Source: Phoronis australis (Eukaryota; Animalia; Phoronida). Taken from it: a DNA stretch of 48,164 bases. The position numbers and the translations under genes were made by a program. Under the pieces are notes generated by a model. That model had not been told where the DNA came from. It saw only the letters and a list, made by a program, of their open reading frames with translations, and made no database searches. This document shows, piece after piece, positions 25,401-35,410 of the stretch; positions within the stretch are counted from its first letter, which is position 1, and the number at the start of each line of letters is the position of its first letter. Location: positions 960,497-1,008,660 of the forward strand of contig NMRA01000099.1 of NCBI GenBank assembly GCA_002633005.1, read 5' to 3'.

Positions 25401-25869
25401 TAATCATCCCACTTCATGGTCTAAGGCTGAAAGTAGGAGGGAGATATATGTATTATAGCCTGCTTACCGTGGAAACATATTTGCGGGCTTTAAGATTTCG
25501 GTCCCAGTGATGCCTACTGAAAGAAAATTCTCTTCTATTTCAGCCATCCGACTTGATGACTGCAACGTTAAAGGATACACCGCCTGGTCACTTATGGACA
25601 ATTTTGAATGGGGGCAGGGCTATTCGGAGAAGTTCGGCATTCATTACGTAAATTTCAGCGACCCCTCGCGACCACGGACGCCAAAGAAGTCAGCAATATA
25701 TCTTCGGCAGCTGTTTCAAGATAATGGATTTCCAGATCCAAACGGCACCCCACAACCCACACTCAAACCCACACTCAAACCCACACTCAAACCCACAACC
25801 AGTGCGTCACCATCTCTTAAAATCAGTTTTGCGATTATGTTTGCTTCAGTATCGCAAGTGTTTTCTTAA
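4274..25869 (+). CDS. Glycoside hydrolase family 1 beta-glucosidase (lactase-phlorizin hydrolase-like), 8 exons, 536 aa, secreted and probably GPI-anchored
   Basis: join(4274-4424,17266-17396,19215-19475,21304-21487,21768-22010,23262-23391,24113-24297,25544-25869) = 1611 nt. All introns GT-AG with consistent phases (1,0,0,1,1,2,1). GH1 motifs [62 protein letters not shown]. Confidence 0.95.
6075..6100 (+). mobile_element. Tc1/mariner (pogo-like) terminus fragment
   Basis: TA-CCGTATTCGCCCGGATACAAG resembles CCGTA-type TIRs with a TA target. Partner end not identified. Confidence 0.35.
6122..6833. repeat. ~356-bp tandem duplication joined by a single N (likely haplotype assembly artefact)
   Basis: 6122-6477 and 6479-6833 are near-identical with a few SNPs; N at 6478. 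Confidence 0.85.
6760..7921. mobile_element. Non-autonomous PIF/Harbinger-type DNA transposon
   Basis: TIRs CAGCCGATTTCAYAAAGGTGGTTTAA / TTAAACCACCTTTGTGAAATCGGCTG, 3-bp TSD CAG (6757-59, 7922-24), and many subterminal AAACCTGGT/ACCAGGTTT motifs. Confidence 0.75.
7143..7296. mobile_element. 154-bp MITE nested in the Harbinger-type element, 5-bp TSD
   Basis: CAGAGGCGGATCTAG...CTGGATCCGCCTATG flanked by CGTAG (7138-42, 7297-7301). Confidence 0.8.
7880..9329. repeat. ~724-bp tandem duplication joined by a single N (likely haplotype assembly artefact)
   Basis: 7880-8603 repeated at 8605-~9329 with scattered SNPs; N at 8604. The duplicate includes a Harbinger end and half of the IS3EU-type MITE. 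Confidence 0.85.
9135..9740. mobile_element. Non-autonomous IS3EU-type DNA transposon (MITE)
   Basis: TIR TATGGTGGGCCGTTGAGGGGAAAGTGT / ACACTTTCCCCCCAACGGCCCATCATA, TAT..ATA termini, 6-bp TSD AATGAC (9129-34, 9741-46), arrays of AAATTACGCTCGTAA. Confidence 0.75.
10370..10782 (+). mobile_element. Kolobok family A end with a different internal sequence, running into a gap
   Basis: TTAA|AGGCGAAGGCAACC start. Shares ~155 bp with the family A TIR, then diverges. ATG at 10704 opens acidic Ser-rich [26 protein letters not shown]. Confidence 0.7.
10783..11604. other. Assembly gap (N run)
   Basis: 822 N. Confidence 1.
12083..12397. repeat. Dispersed repeat fragment related to 14123-14543
   Basis: ~130-bp direct match (ATGTTCAGGAAATGTGAATCC...ACACACCGG) to 14328-14455, plus AGGGAACCAGCGAGGC, the reverse complement of 14125-14140. 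Confidence 0.65.
12717..12775. repeat. GA-rich microsatellite
   Basis: AGAGAGGGAGGGGGAGA...GAGAGAG low-complexity run. Confidence 0.8.
14123..14543. mobile_element. Putative MITE with short imperfect TIRs (superfamily uncertain)
   Basis: TGGCCTCGCTGG ... CTGGTGAGACCA. Its 3' ~50 bp recurs at 13089-13141 and its middle at 12083-12215. No clear TSD. Confidence 0.45.
16558..16847 (+). pseudogene. Degraded HIRAN-like domain coding relic (probably transposon cargo)
   Basis: Across stops and frameshifts it reads [12 protein letters not shown].., [60 protein letters not shown]. This matches the HIRAN-like pattern S.IRGYH.Y...W / N..D..AV.V...VGH.PR. Confidence 0.65.
17266..17396 (+). CDS. GH1 exon 2
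   Basis: Acceptor TTTTTTTCTTCAG; (G)[43 protein letters not shown]; donor GTGTAG. Confidence 0.93.
19215..19475 (+). CDS. GH1 exon 3
   Basis: [17 protein letters not shown]...[19 protein letters not shown]...FQELGDM; donor GTAAGA. Confidence 0.95.
21304..21487 (+). CDS. GH1 exon 4 (acid/base Glu, TFNEP)
   Basis: [61 protein letters not shown]. Not in the ORF track; read directly from sequence. Confidence 0.95.
21768..22010 (+). CDS. GH1 exon 5
   Basis: [14 protein letters not shown]...[18 protein letters not shown]...[15 protein letters not shown]; donor GTAAAG. Confidence 0.95.
23262..23391 (+). CDS. GH1 exon 6
   Basis: [44 protein letters not shown]; donor GTAGGT. Confidence 0.92.
24113..24297 (+). 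CDS. GH1 exon 7 (nucleophile Glu, VTENG)
   Basis: [61 protein letters not shown]; donor GTATGA. Confidence 0.95.
25544..25869 (+). CDS. GH1 exon 8 (terminal)
   Basis: [51 protein letters not shown]...NGFP, then a PT-rich stalk and hydrophobic tail, stop TAA. Confidence 0.95.
25756..25797 (+). repeat. Coding minisatellite (CCCACACTCAAA)x3.5, encoding PTLK repeats
   Basis: Three perfect 12-bp units plus a partial unit inside exon 8. Confidence 0.9.
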
Positions 25870-28800
25870 CAATGAAACACATTTCAGAAGTATACCGACT
25901 AATTTTTCAGTAGACTATGCATAGGTGGATTTAGGGGGGGGGAGGGGCAATAAGTCGTGAATTGTAATTTTACGAACTTTCCATTTTTAAGCGGAAATAC
26001 CGCGGCTAAACTGTTTAACTGCTTTAAAACTGTTAGGGCATGCAAATTCGGTTTAATTGTGCTTTTTACAACGTGCGCTTTTGAAGTTTTTCAAGTCATT
26101 TTGAATTGTTCCATGTAAATACTTGGGTCCAGGATCCTGTCCCTGTACTCGACTTGAAAAGATTAGAGTGAACCAACAGATGGCGTGGTGTATTCAGATC
26201 ATGCGACGTAATTGATTAATTTTTTAGTGTCAGGCTCAGCAAAGGCTGCGTCAAGAGATGAGGCCCTGGACTTAAAAACATGTGCTCATAAGCGTTTGTG
26301 TAGGCCCAGTGGAAATTCATTTCTTTATCAATGGAGCCACACATGTGTCTGGCTAGTCGGAGCGACCACAACTTTAGGCAGGGAGGTGGGGGGAGAGGGC
26401 AACTACTCCTGGGTGCCAACAGAAGACGGGCGTTGACAGGGATGTCAAAAATAATACGTGAACAAAAGCATATAGTACTTAGCACTCAAAACTTACAAAG
26501 GTATAAGAATATGTTCTACATATGTTAAATTATTTTAAAGTCCTTCTTGCAAACTGCCCATGTGGTTCTAGTATCCGAAAATACTTACTGCATAAAATCT
26601 TATTTTCGACACCCTTTCTTTATATTCTTTTCGCCTTTCTTGCCAAAAGCGATTTTTGAACAGTATTTAACCCTTCTCTTTGAGCGTATGATTACCGGTT
26701 GTCATCGGTTATTTCCGTACCCACATTTCCGGCTCATCAGTTCAGGAACTTGTCCTGAAAGCCGCCATTTTTCCTTGTAACTGAATGTGCTATCGCTTGC
26801 TCGAAAAGTCTTCATTATTTTGTTTTGTTAGTAATATCTCGCGATTCGTTTGCGTATGTAGTTTGTAGTTAGTGGTCGTTGATGTTTTTTTTGGAATGTT
26901 ACGCGTACTTAGTATGTTAAAATAGCATTGGTGTTTAGTTCCTTACGTACAGGCCGGTCGAACCTAGGAACCAGTAGGGGTCGAACCTATTTTTTTCGGT
27001 TTTATTTTTTTCTCGTTTTGAAAAAGTACTTTGCTATCATCGGAAAGGTAGTGCATTCTACTCAGTAAAAATCGAAAAAGTATCAAAATCGGGGCAAGCA
27101 CTGTAAAGTTATTGCAAGTTTTGTGGCGAAATTTGGGTCACTTTGTTAGGATCGCGTCGGCCATATTGGAGGACAGCGGGATAAGTTACGAGTTTAAAAC
27201 TTTGTGTAAATTGTTTTCGCCAACAAATTACGGTGAAATTTAGTTAGACATATCTTTACTTACTATTCTGCACGATTTCACAGTGTTCACCAAATTTCAG
27301 CCTCGCAGTTGTTACTCATTAAGTGATAAATGTGCTCACAATTCCCGTTGGACTTCGTCTTATTTCTGGCGGCACCGACAACATGGCGACTTTTGCTGAA
27401 CTCAAAGGCATGTTCAATCGGCTACTTTGTAATTTGTGAAGATTTAACCTTGATACATTTTGACAAACGTTGCTACAAAAAAGAAACTTTGTTCAATTTT
27501 CGTGTTTTTGTGCAAAAATATAAGATATATTCGAATTATTTCAGGTTATCAAGTCAATAATATGAATAATCTTAATTTGAGAAATAAGCTATGTCGGATT
27601 GTGAAGCTTCAAGCCTCTAATTCTTGTTCCTTGCAACTTCATATTTTTTAAATGATGCTTCTCAAATTCTGGTGTAAGGAAACACTATTTAGTGACCATG
27701 GTAATAGTTACATGTATGTCCACTTTCATATCATGGAAACTGTTCCTGTTGAATAGTGTTTGTAATGCTAAATGTTGTAAAGTATTGTCCATTTTAAGTT
27801 ACTTATTATGTTAAAAGTTTGAATCATTTTGGGTTAATGAATAAAAAATGATAACATGTTGTATTGGACTTGTCATACTTATGTGCTCGAACGAACCCCC
27901 TTTTTGGAGAATTGCAAAAAGGTCTGCCTCAGTCACAGAAGGACGAATTCCGAAAAAAGTAGAAAATGAGACAATATTCCACTAGAAGACAGGAAGTACC
28001 AAAATTTAGAGTCTGCAATTCATAGCTCTGAACATACCCACTGAATCTTAAAGTAAAAGATAGACATTCCCAAAAATCCCAGCCCCTCATTCTTTTAGGC
28101 TTGGTGCCGCGCTCATACAAAGTCTGGGAANCTAACCAGCCCGTAATTTCATGCAAGTGTCTGAAACTACCCTTGAATATATGCAGCATTTATGATTTGA
28201 CCATTTTACTTCGACAAAACAGCTTGCAACCGCATGCGTTTACCGTTCGCCAGTGTCTGGTCTCGATCGGCACCGGGTCCGGTAGGCTGCGGTCCCGAGT
28301 CTGGCAAAATAATTTCTGTCAAAATTTATTCGCCACATTTCTTCAGAAAATTCGATAAAATTGTCCGCACTTTGATTTTATTAAAATTAAGGCGCGCTGT
28401 CGATTATTTTATCCCCGTTTGCTGGCTGAACAGTACAGGCAATGCTCCAGTCGCATTGACGGCGTTTTCTCGGCCTGGGTTCCTGAATGAATTGTACTTC
28501 CGGGTTCGCGGCAAGTCCAAAATGGCGGTGGTTCTTCGGGTGCGAATCGTGAGTGGCGCGTTCGTTTAAACTTTTTTCGAGTACGGATCGTGTATTAGTT
28601 ATGGGGTAGGTACTTCTTGGATCCTTATAACATCCTCTAACCATGTAATAAGGGTTAACAACGCGTGAGAGAAGGACTTTAAGCATCGCAGTATGTGTAT
28701 TTTTGGTCATTTCAGAATCAAATAACAAGGTCAATATAACGATGGTTGATATTTGATATGAACTAGGCCAATTGCAAAGGTCTTCGAATCCACTCGACAA

Positions 28801-30715
28801 TTTAGATGTTTGTCAGTGCGCCAAATCTCGGTAATGTATACTCCAAAAGCAGTCCTAATCCCATATTTCGGTCCATGATTTCGTCTCTTATTCGTTGTCT
28901 CACATATGCTCGGGTACGTTTCATTTTTTTGTCATTCAAGTCGCTCTGTGTCAACAGACCAGGTGGCATTAACTGTTGTTTGTACTTAGACATCCCAACA
29001 CTCCATAACATCTGCGTGGTTACACCTCTAAAAACGACGATCACGAAAGTTAAAACCATCTTCTTTACGACTGTGGAGAATAGTCTCTCCCGTCCATTTA
29101 CCTTCGGCAAATCAAGCCGTGTGATGTTTAAAAGAACACATAATAAATAAATAAATCAACAGTAGTAACCTGGGTAAAAGAAACAACGAAAATAGTAAGT
29201 GTCTACGTCCAACCACAAACTAATTTTGCAGATGAGCAATTTTATTGCTTAAGTTTGTACTTGGTCTGTTTTTAATTCTGGTCATCTAAGCTTGGGCCTT
29301 TGATGACTGGGGTAGGGATAAGTACATTGAATCTTTGAAGTTTGAACCTTCTTGCATTTAAACAGAAATCTCTCCATTTTATAGATAACGCTAAACCTCC
29401 ATTAAGAAAATATGTGTTTGTGGTGTTCACCGTTTCAAATCCTAGAGGTTTTGACTTGTAAAACTGTTTTACTCAAATATGAATTGCAATACAGACGCCT
29501 ATAACGTCTAGAAACAATAAGAAGTGAGGTTGGTTAGAGCTTTAATAGTATAAGAAATTATTTTGCAAGTTTTGAGCCAGTGTTTTGCCATATAAAAACT
29601 TCGTTTGCTTGGGGCTCCTTTAGAAAAGTTGTTGAATCCTTTAACTGGGGCTCTTTTAGGACACTTTTTCCGAAGTCTCCAGTTTGGACTGTTTTATATG
29701 GAGTGGCAGTTGTTATCGCGCCCGATTTTTGTTTCATAAACGCGTTTGGAGAACGAGTGAATTGAAAACTTCAAATTATAGAGTACATTCACAAGATGGG
29801 ATCGATATGAACTGACAGTTTATTGTTCCTTCTGATCAACCTCATAAAAGTTCAGGTCAGAGCCGTAGGGTGATGTTTTGAGTCTTAGGGAAGATTTTTG
29901 ACACGAAATATGGTACGTTACATCTCAAAGGGGCATAATCGGCGCGAAATAGTTTTCTAAGATCACTTTCAACGAAGAGTGGAACCTACAACCTCCGTGT
30001 TTGCAGCCAAATTTCACTTGCTAAATAGGAGAGTATAGGCTAATGTCTTTTTCATCATTGTCGAAAGAAGTGATTTTTTTTTAGATCATCTCCATCGAAT
30101 CTGGAGCCTTCACGGTCACAGTCAAACATTTTGCTAGTTGAGCTAAATCCCACTTACAAGTGGCAGAGTATTTTAAGGGTTTTAAACTGATAAAGTCAAC
30201 GGCCTGAACTTTGTTTTATAGTTTATCACATCTAAGACTGATCTCAAAATAGCGCTAAAAGCTCGTAAAGTCAATAATGTCCCTCATATTAATTTAAAAA
30301 ATTAATAAAAAAATTTCAAAAACTCTACCCTAGTTAGAGTTCTATTCAGGTTGATGACCGAGATCCAAGATGTTTAGTAGACCCAAGTTACCTACGTTTG
30401 ACTAACAATTTGGCTAAATCTGATGACGAATGATATACCAATAGGTTTTAAAACCTTTTAAAATCACCACATATCAAAAACGCCAAATAACAACCCCACC
30501 AGGCGATCAGATGCTAAACTACAACACCTGCAAACACTATCTGAGGATATGTTCATACTAGCTGATGTCGAATTACGAGCTTTTATTGGTGGATACATAC
30601 TACCTTACACCAGCACAAACAATCACGACTGCGCTAGTCATCCTCCATTGTGTTTAGAGGGAAAAGTTGTCAGATATTGCTGCTCGTTTTCCCGTAGTTT
30701 ATGGTATAACAATTA

Positions 30716-30860
30716 ATGGCGAGGCGTTGCGTTTGTGGTGCTTGTGACAACTTAGTATTTGGCCACGATGTGGCTCTTTTCACTTTCCTGCGTGACATCG
30801 GAAAACTGCGGATATGGCACATGTTTGTTTGCACAAAAAGCTTGCGTGTTGCTGGACATG
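30716..30860 (+). pseudogene. THAP zinc-finger N-terminal relic (transposon-derived)
   Basis: MARRCVCGACDNLVFGHDVALFTFLRDIGKLRIWHMFV fits M..C....C.N...LF.FP.D....W. The C-terminal C..HF is missing. Confidence 0.55.
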
Positions 30861-31630
30861 ACACAATGGCGCTGGGTACGTTCACACGTCACACTCATTG
30901 TCCTTGGAGCTAAAAGACCAGTTTAAATGTCTTTTCTTCTATTTTCTCGTTTTGGGGTTATTAAATTCACGATTGTGATATGCAGAACTATAAAGGAAAG
31001 TTTAACAATGCTGGCAATGTAATGACGTAACAAAACAAAATAAATGGTGGTTTTAAGCAGATATGAACTAGTCTCTCAGACATGGTCATTCAACTCTGTC
31101 CTATTTTCAGTGACTCAATTTTTTTAGCAATACCAGATGATGATTTGGCTGCGAGCGAGATGATTTCTCTCCATTTTAATTTTAGTTTTAGCTACGAGAT
31201 CAGATAATCGATTTCATAAACTGAAATCGATTTCGTGTCGATGTGTTGCAACGCTAATTTAACCACACACATGAAAAGATAAACCTGTTTGACTCCATCT
31301 ATGTACAACATAGAGACAGCTTGTGTCATTAGAGTGCTTCTCTTGCACAAATGCCCCGAACTCTTGCAGCATTTGTTATACTCAGGCTGTAACTTTCGGA
31401 ATGGAGAGAAACGCATGTAGCATGTTAACTTTTTATTGTCATAAGCGACAGCTGGTCATTGTTGCAAGAGATCTAAAGATTGCATAATTTTACTATTTTG
31501 ACTCGTACCTCAATATAAAGCAAGTATCTGGATAAACATAATCGTTTTCGTAGACTGCGAAATCAATACTGTACTAGTGAAATTTCATGATTAAGTGTTC
31601 AACAATGTCTCCGAATGCTCTGCTGACATC

Positions 31631-31771
31631 TTACAAGCATCCCAGAACATCAGCTCTCATAGAGATGTGGCCGTGCCAGCTGCGTGGTAAAATTCGAATG
31701 CACCGAGCTCTGATAGGAGAAAATAGGGTGTTCACCTTTGGAGTCTCACCGTCAAAGTTGGCCTGGAAAAT
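31631..31771 (-). CDS. Terminal exon of a discoidin / coagulation factor 5/8 type C domain protein
   Basis: Acceptor CTGTTGCAG then IFQANFDGETPKVNTLFSPIRARCIRILPRSWHGHISMRADVLGCL*, the classic F5/8C C-terminus (F.GN.D...PI.AR.IR..P..W...I.MR.E..GC). Confidence 0.8.
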   Translation of the reverse strand: MFQANFDGETPKVNTLFSPIRARCIRILPRSWHGHISMRADVLGCL

Positions 31772-32574
31772 CTGCAACAGATGATTCGTCGCGTTGATTA
31801 TAGCGATATTATGACTGAACAAGTCCAGTTTTAGTCTATAACATGGGTATAAAAGAAAAGATGATCCATTAGTAACATAAGCCCAATATGCAGAAAGTGG
31901 TGACGCTTTAGGGACAAAGCGATTTTTTGAAAATAAGTTCTTAAATAGACAAGCAGACGAGTCTTAAGAACAAAACTGATTTCGGTTTTCTCCTTTGACT
32001 TTAAACATCAAATTTGAACGTAAACTGGGCTTACATTTTGTGTACACCTATTTGCATACTGGGTTAACGGTAAGGGTATCACACATTTTGCACCAAATCG
32101 GCCAGGTACATCGTACAGGAGCTGTGAAGGGGGAGAGCGAATTTTTTGTCCATACCTACCTCTGTCGATTGAAATATTACCTGTACATACAGACTTACTA
32201 AGTTTGTGGATAGACTCATTATCTCCCTTGACAGACTCTATCGACATATTTCAGAGAATTGTACTTAAAAGAAATATGACATCGAGGACGTTGTCTCCTT
32301 TTCAAGACAAAAAGAATGATTGTAACAAGCGTGTCATCGATTTATTCTGCTGAAATTGAAAAAAGGAAATGCGTAAACTGTATTTTCTTGTATTTAGGCC
32401 TGTGCGAGGATATCTAAAATGAAGTATTTTTCAAAAACGTTGTTCCAGAGTTTCATTCACCGGTGCAGGCAAAAATAACACGTATGCGCGTGTTTTTGGA
32501 ATGTTTTTAAACATTTAAAACTGTTCATTTTTGTACTTTTGTACTAACCCTTTTGTTGAACTAAATACACGTCG

Positions 32575-32639
32575 ACATGCACCGTTGACATGTACCGTTG
32601 ACATGAACCATTGACATGTACCGTTGACATCCACCGTTG
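32575..32639. repeat. 13-bp tandem repeat (GACATGTACCGTT)x5
   Basis: Five imperfect copies read directly. Confidence 0.85.
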
Positions 32640-33490
32640 CGTGTAACAATTCAAGTTTCACAAGCAAGATATTTTAAAAGGTTGCCCATTTATATTTATT
32701 ATGAATATTTCATACGTAGGCCTATGCGCCTAATTTTGGATAGAAGCGCAGCTTCACAAGGGTGTATGGGCCTAAATACCCTGAAGAAAGATATTGCGTT
32801 ATTGAGGATTTCAAGCATTTTGGTAAAATTCTTTTTGTCTAAGAGTAATTAATTTTCGCCGATTCATTGTGCATATATTGTGCACAGCAATGGTTACTTA
32901 GAAACAAAGGGTGCATTCAGCCAAGAAATTCACATGCAGTTGATAAAAGCTCATCAAGACCCCCGTAAGTGTTACAACCCCATATTCAGCGTTCGATATA
33001 CACGCTGACCGGTGGCCCGAGACCAGTGGATTTGCAGCGGGCCAGTAAACTTTTACATATTGGCCCTATGTGTATGCGGTCTCACATTCACATATATTTG
33101 CTGAAGCTCGAACATTGCCCATATTACNGTTTTTTGGAAGGCTCAAACATGGCTGTATTGGAAAAAAAACGTGGATTTGACGATATTTCCGAAAGAATCT
33201 AACAAACTGATGCGGTATAAAAGCATTTCTGCTAATGGTGCACTGGATTCTTTTTTTCGGGAGTATGAAATTTACAAACGACGTCGTAAAACATAATTCT
33301 TGGACTGCATCTTTTGTAAGCGCGGTGACAAAACCGCAAATCATTTGGTTTCACTTGCGGTAAACAATTCCTTTAGGGGACCAAAATAATGAGTGGATTT
33401 AATCTCACAATTCAAAATTCAAACCTCACCATAAAACCAACCAAATATTCTTAGTGGCCGCCATTTTGCTAGGATACTGCCAGTAAGCTC

Positions 33491-35326
33491 TGATACGCCG
33501 TGAAATGTAACAGTTGTTACATTTTACGTTGCTGGGCCTCTCATAAAACGTAACAAGTTGTCATATTTCATGTAATTGTTACGATTTACTTCGAATGCAC
33601 ATGCGAGAAATGTACCATTGTTACATTTTACGACAGCAGCGTCATATTTAATCATGAGCTTGCAAGATACTTGTCACACGGAAGAAAACCGTTCACACAC
33701 TTAACGCCTTCTTTCTCGGATTGTTTGAATGAAATTCTATCAAATGTGCCAGGTCGAGCTTATAGATGCATGTGTCCCTATATGCTTCACATGTTTTTAA
33801 CATGGGTAGTTTTATGGTATAGTCAAACACGCACACATTACAGTTTCAACTCCACACGAAAGGAGTTTCAAGGATCAGGTAACAAGTTTTCTTATTGTTA
33901 AAGCGTTCTTGCAATCTTTTGTTGACGCTCAGAGTCATAAATCAATTGTGTATCCGGCATTACAGTAAGCATACTTCCCTTGGTAAGCACAACAATGACG
34001 TCGTATTTGGCTAATTAATATTTATCGTATTTCTTCGGGAACAAACGACAATAACAAAATTTTTCATGGAGAATTCAATTTCGGAAGCCAATTTGATAGA
34101 AAAACAACACTTTAAGTCCACGATAGTTTGGTTTATTTCGGCCATTGTTTTATTGCCTTGGAGTCATCGCTAATGACTTGTTCCACACGGAAGGAGCGAA
34201 ATCAATGTCTCTGATGACGACAGGTTCTGTCTACCACCTTAGTTACGAATGACAATTTCTTAAAGACATTGTGGTGAAGGAAGTAAAAGCACGCATTTAT
34301 TTACTGGCAGGTTGACAGATTTTGCCAAAGCAACAGCAAAAAGTCGCGAGTAAAGTAGTGCAGTCTGAATTCAGTTCTTCTTGGCTAACTACAGATGGAT
34401 AAAGTTATATTTACAAACAATACAAGATCAGAAATAATCAATTTTTGAAGTTGGTGCGGGTATAAACAAGATTTTATATCTCAACCTCCTCTTTTCCAAG
34501 AAGTAGACCTACTCTGCAACCACAGCTGTCAAGACGTTCCTCATAATATCGTTAAGGCTGAACATGGGACTGAATCCCTTTAAAATCCTTTGGAACAGCA
34601 CTCGCTGTCCACTATGGAAAGCCCGATGAAAACATTGAGATGATTTTGCAATCTTTGAGGACCACGATGTTTTAGTACTTTGCTAAACATGTATTGTGTA
34701 CATTGCATTGTGCCCTCAATAAATAAATCCAAAAATATCAATAATAATAATAATTATTGTAACGATTACGGGTAATAGTCTGTGGTAATAGTAGTAATAG
34801 CAGTAATGGTAGCAATAGTATTAATAGTAATGTAATACTAATAAAAATGGTAATGGGTAGCCAAACTGATGCACCCAGGGTTTTTTCACAACAAAAAAAA
34901 TCTCAAAAATGGAGTCATTTCCCACAAATACTATCTAAAAGGGTGCCTTTTCTGATTTTTTGGAACAGAACTGTGCGAAAGTGTGAATTTTTGCACAAAA
35001 TTAGTTTCTGAATGGGTCACGTTTTGTATGAGGCCACTGTCTAAACGGGTAGATATTCATTTTTTCGGGCGGCACCCCTCGTCCAAAAATATTATTTTTC
35101 GCGATTTTGGCCATTTCTTTGAAATATGACATTGATTTCGTAAAATGTAACAAGGGTACATTTCTCGCATGTGCATCTGCCGTAAAATGTAACAACTACG
35201 TAAAATGTAACAGCTACGTAAACTGTAACAACCTGTCACATTTTAGGAGACTTAGCAACGTAAAATGTAACAATGACAACAACAGTTGTTACATTTTACG
35301 AAATTGTTACGTTTTACATCGTATCA
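33491..35326. mobile_element. Non-autonomous DNA transposon with TG..CA ends and 6-bp TSD (unclassified)
   Basis: AAGCTC|TGATACG ... CGTATCA|AAGCTC. ~150-190-bp terminal regions built from CGTAAAATGTAACA motifs. A ~38-bp inverted match links 33594-33631 and 35139-35177. Confidence 0.75.
34738..34855. repeat. (TAA/TAG)n low-complexity tract
   Basis: AATAATAATAAT...GTAATAGTAGTAATAG. Confidence 0.7.
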
Positions 35327-35410
35327 AAGCTCGCAAGTATACCACACTTTTGTCCAGTTCTGCGCATTTCCATAAAGGTGACGCTGTAATGACTGTAATC
35401 GAGATATTAA

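Noticed and set aside
32008-32247. ORF upstream of the discoidin exon as its preceding exon
   Set aside because: No F5/8C motifs in the frames examined.
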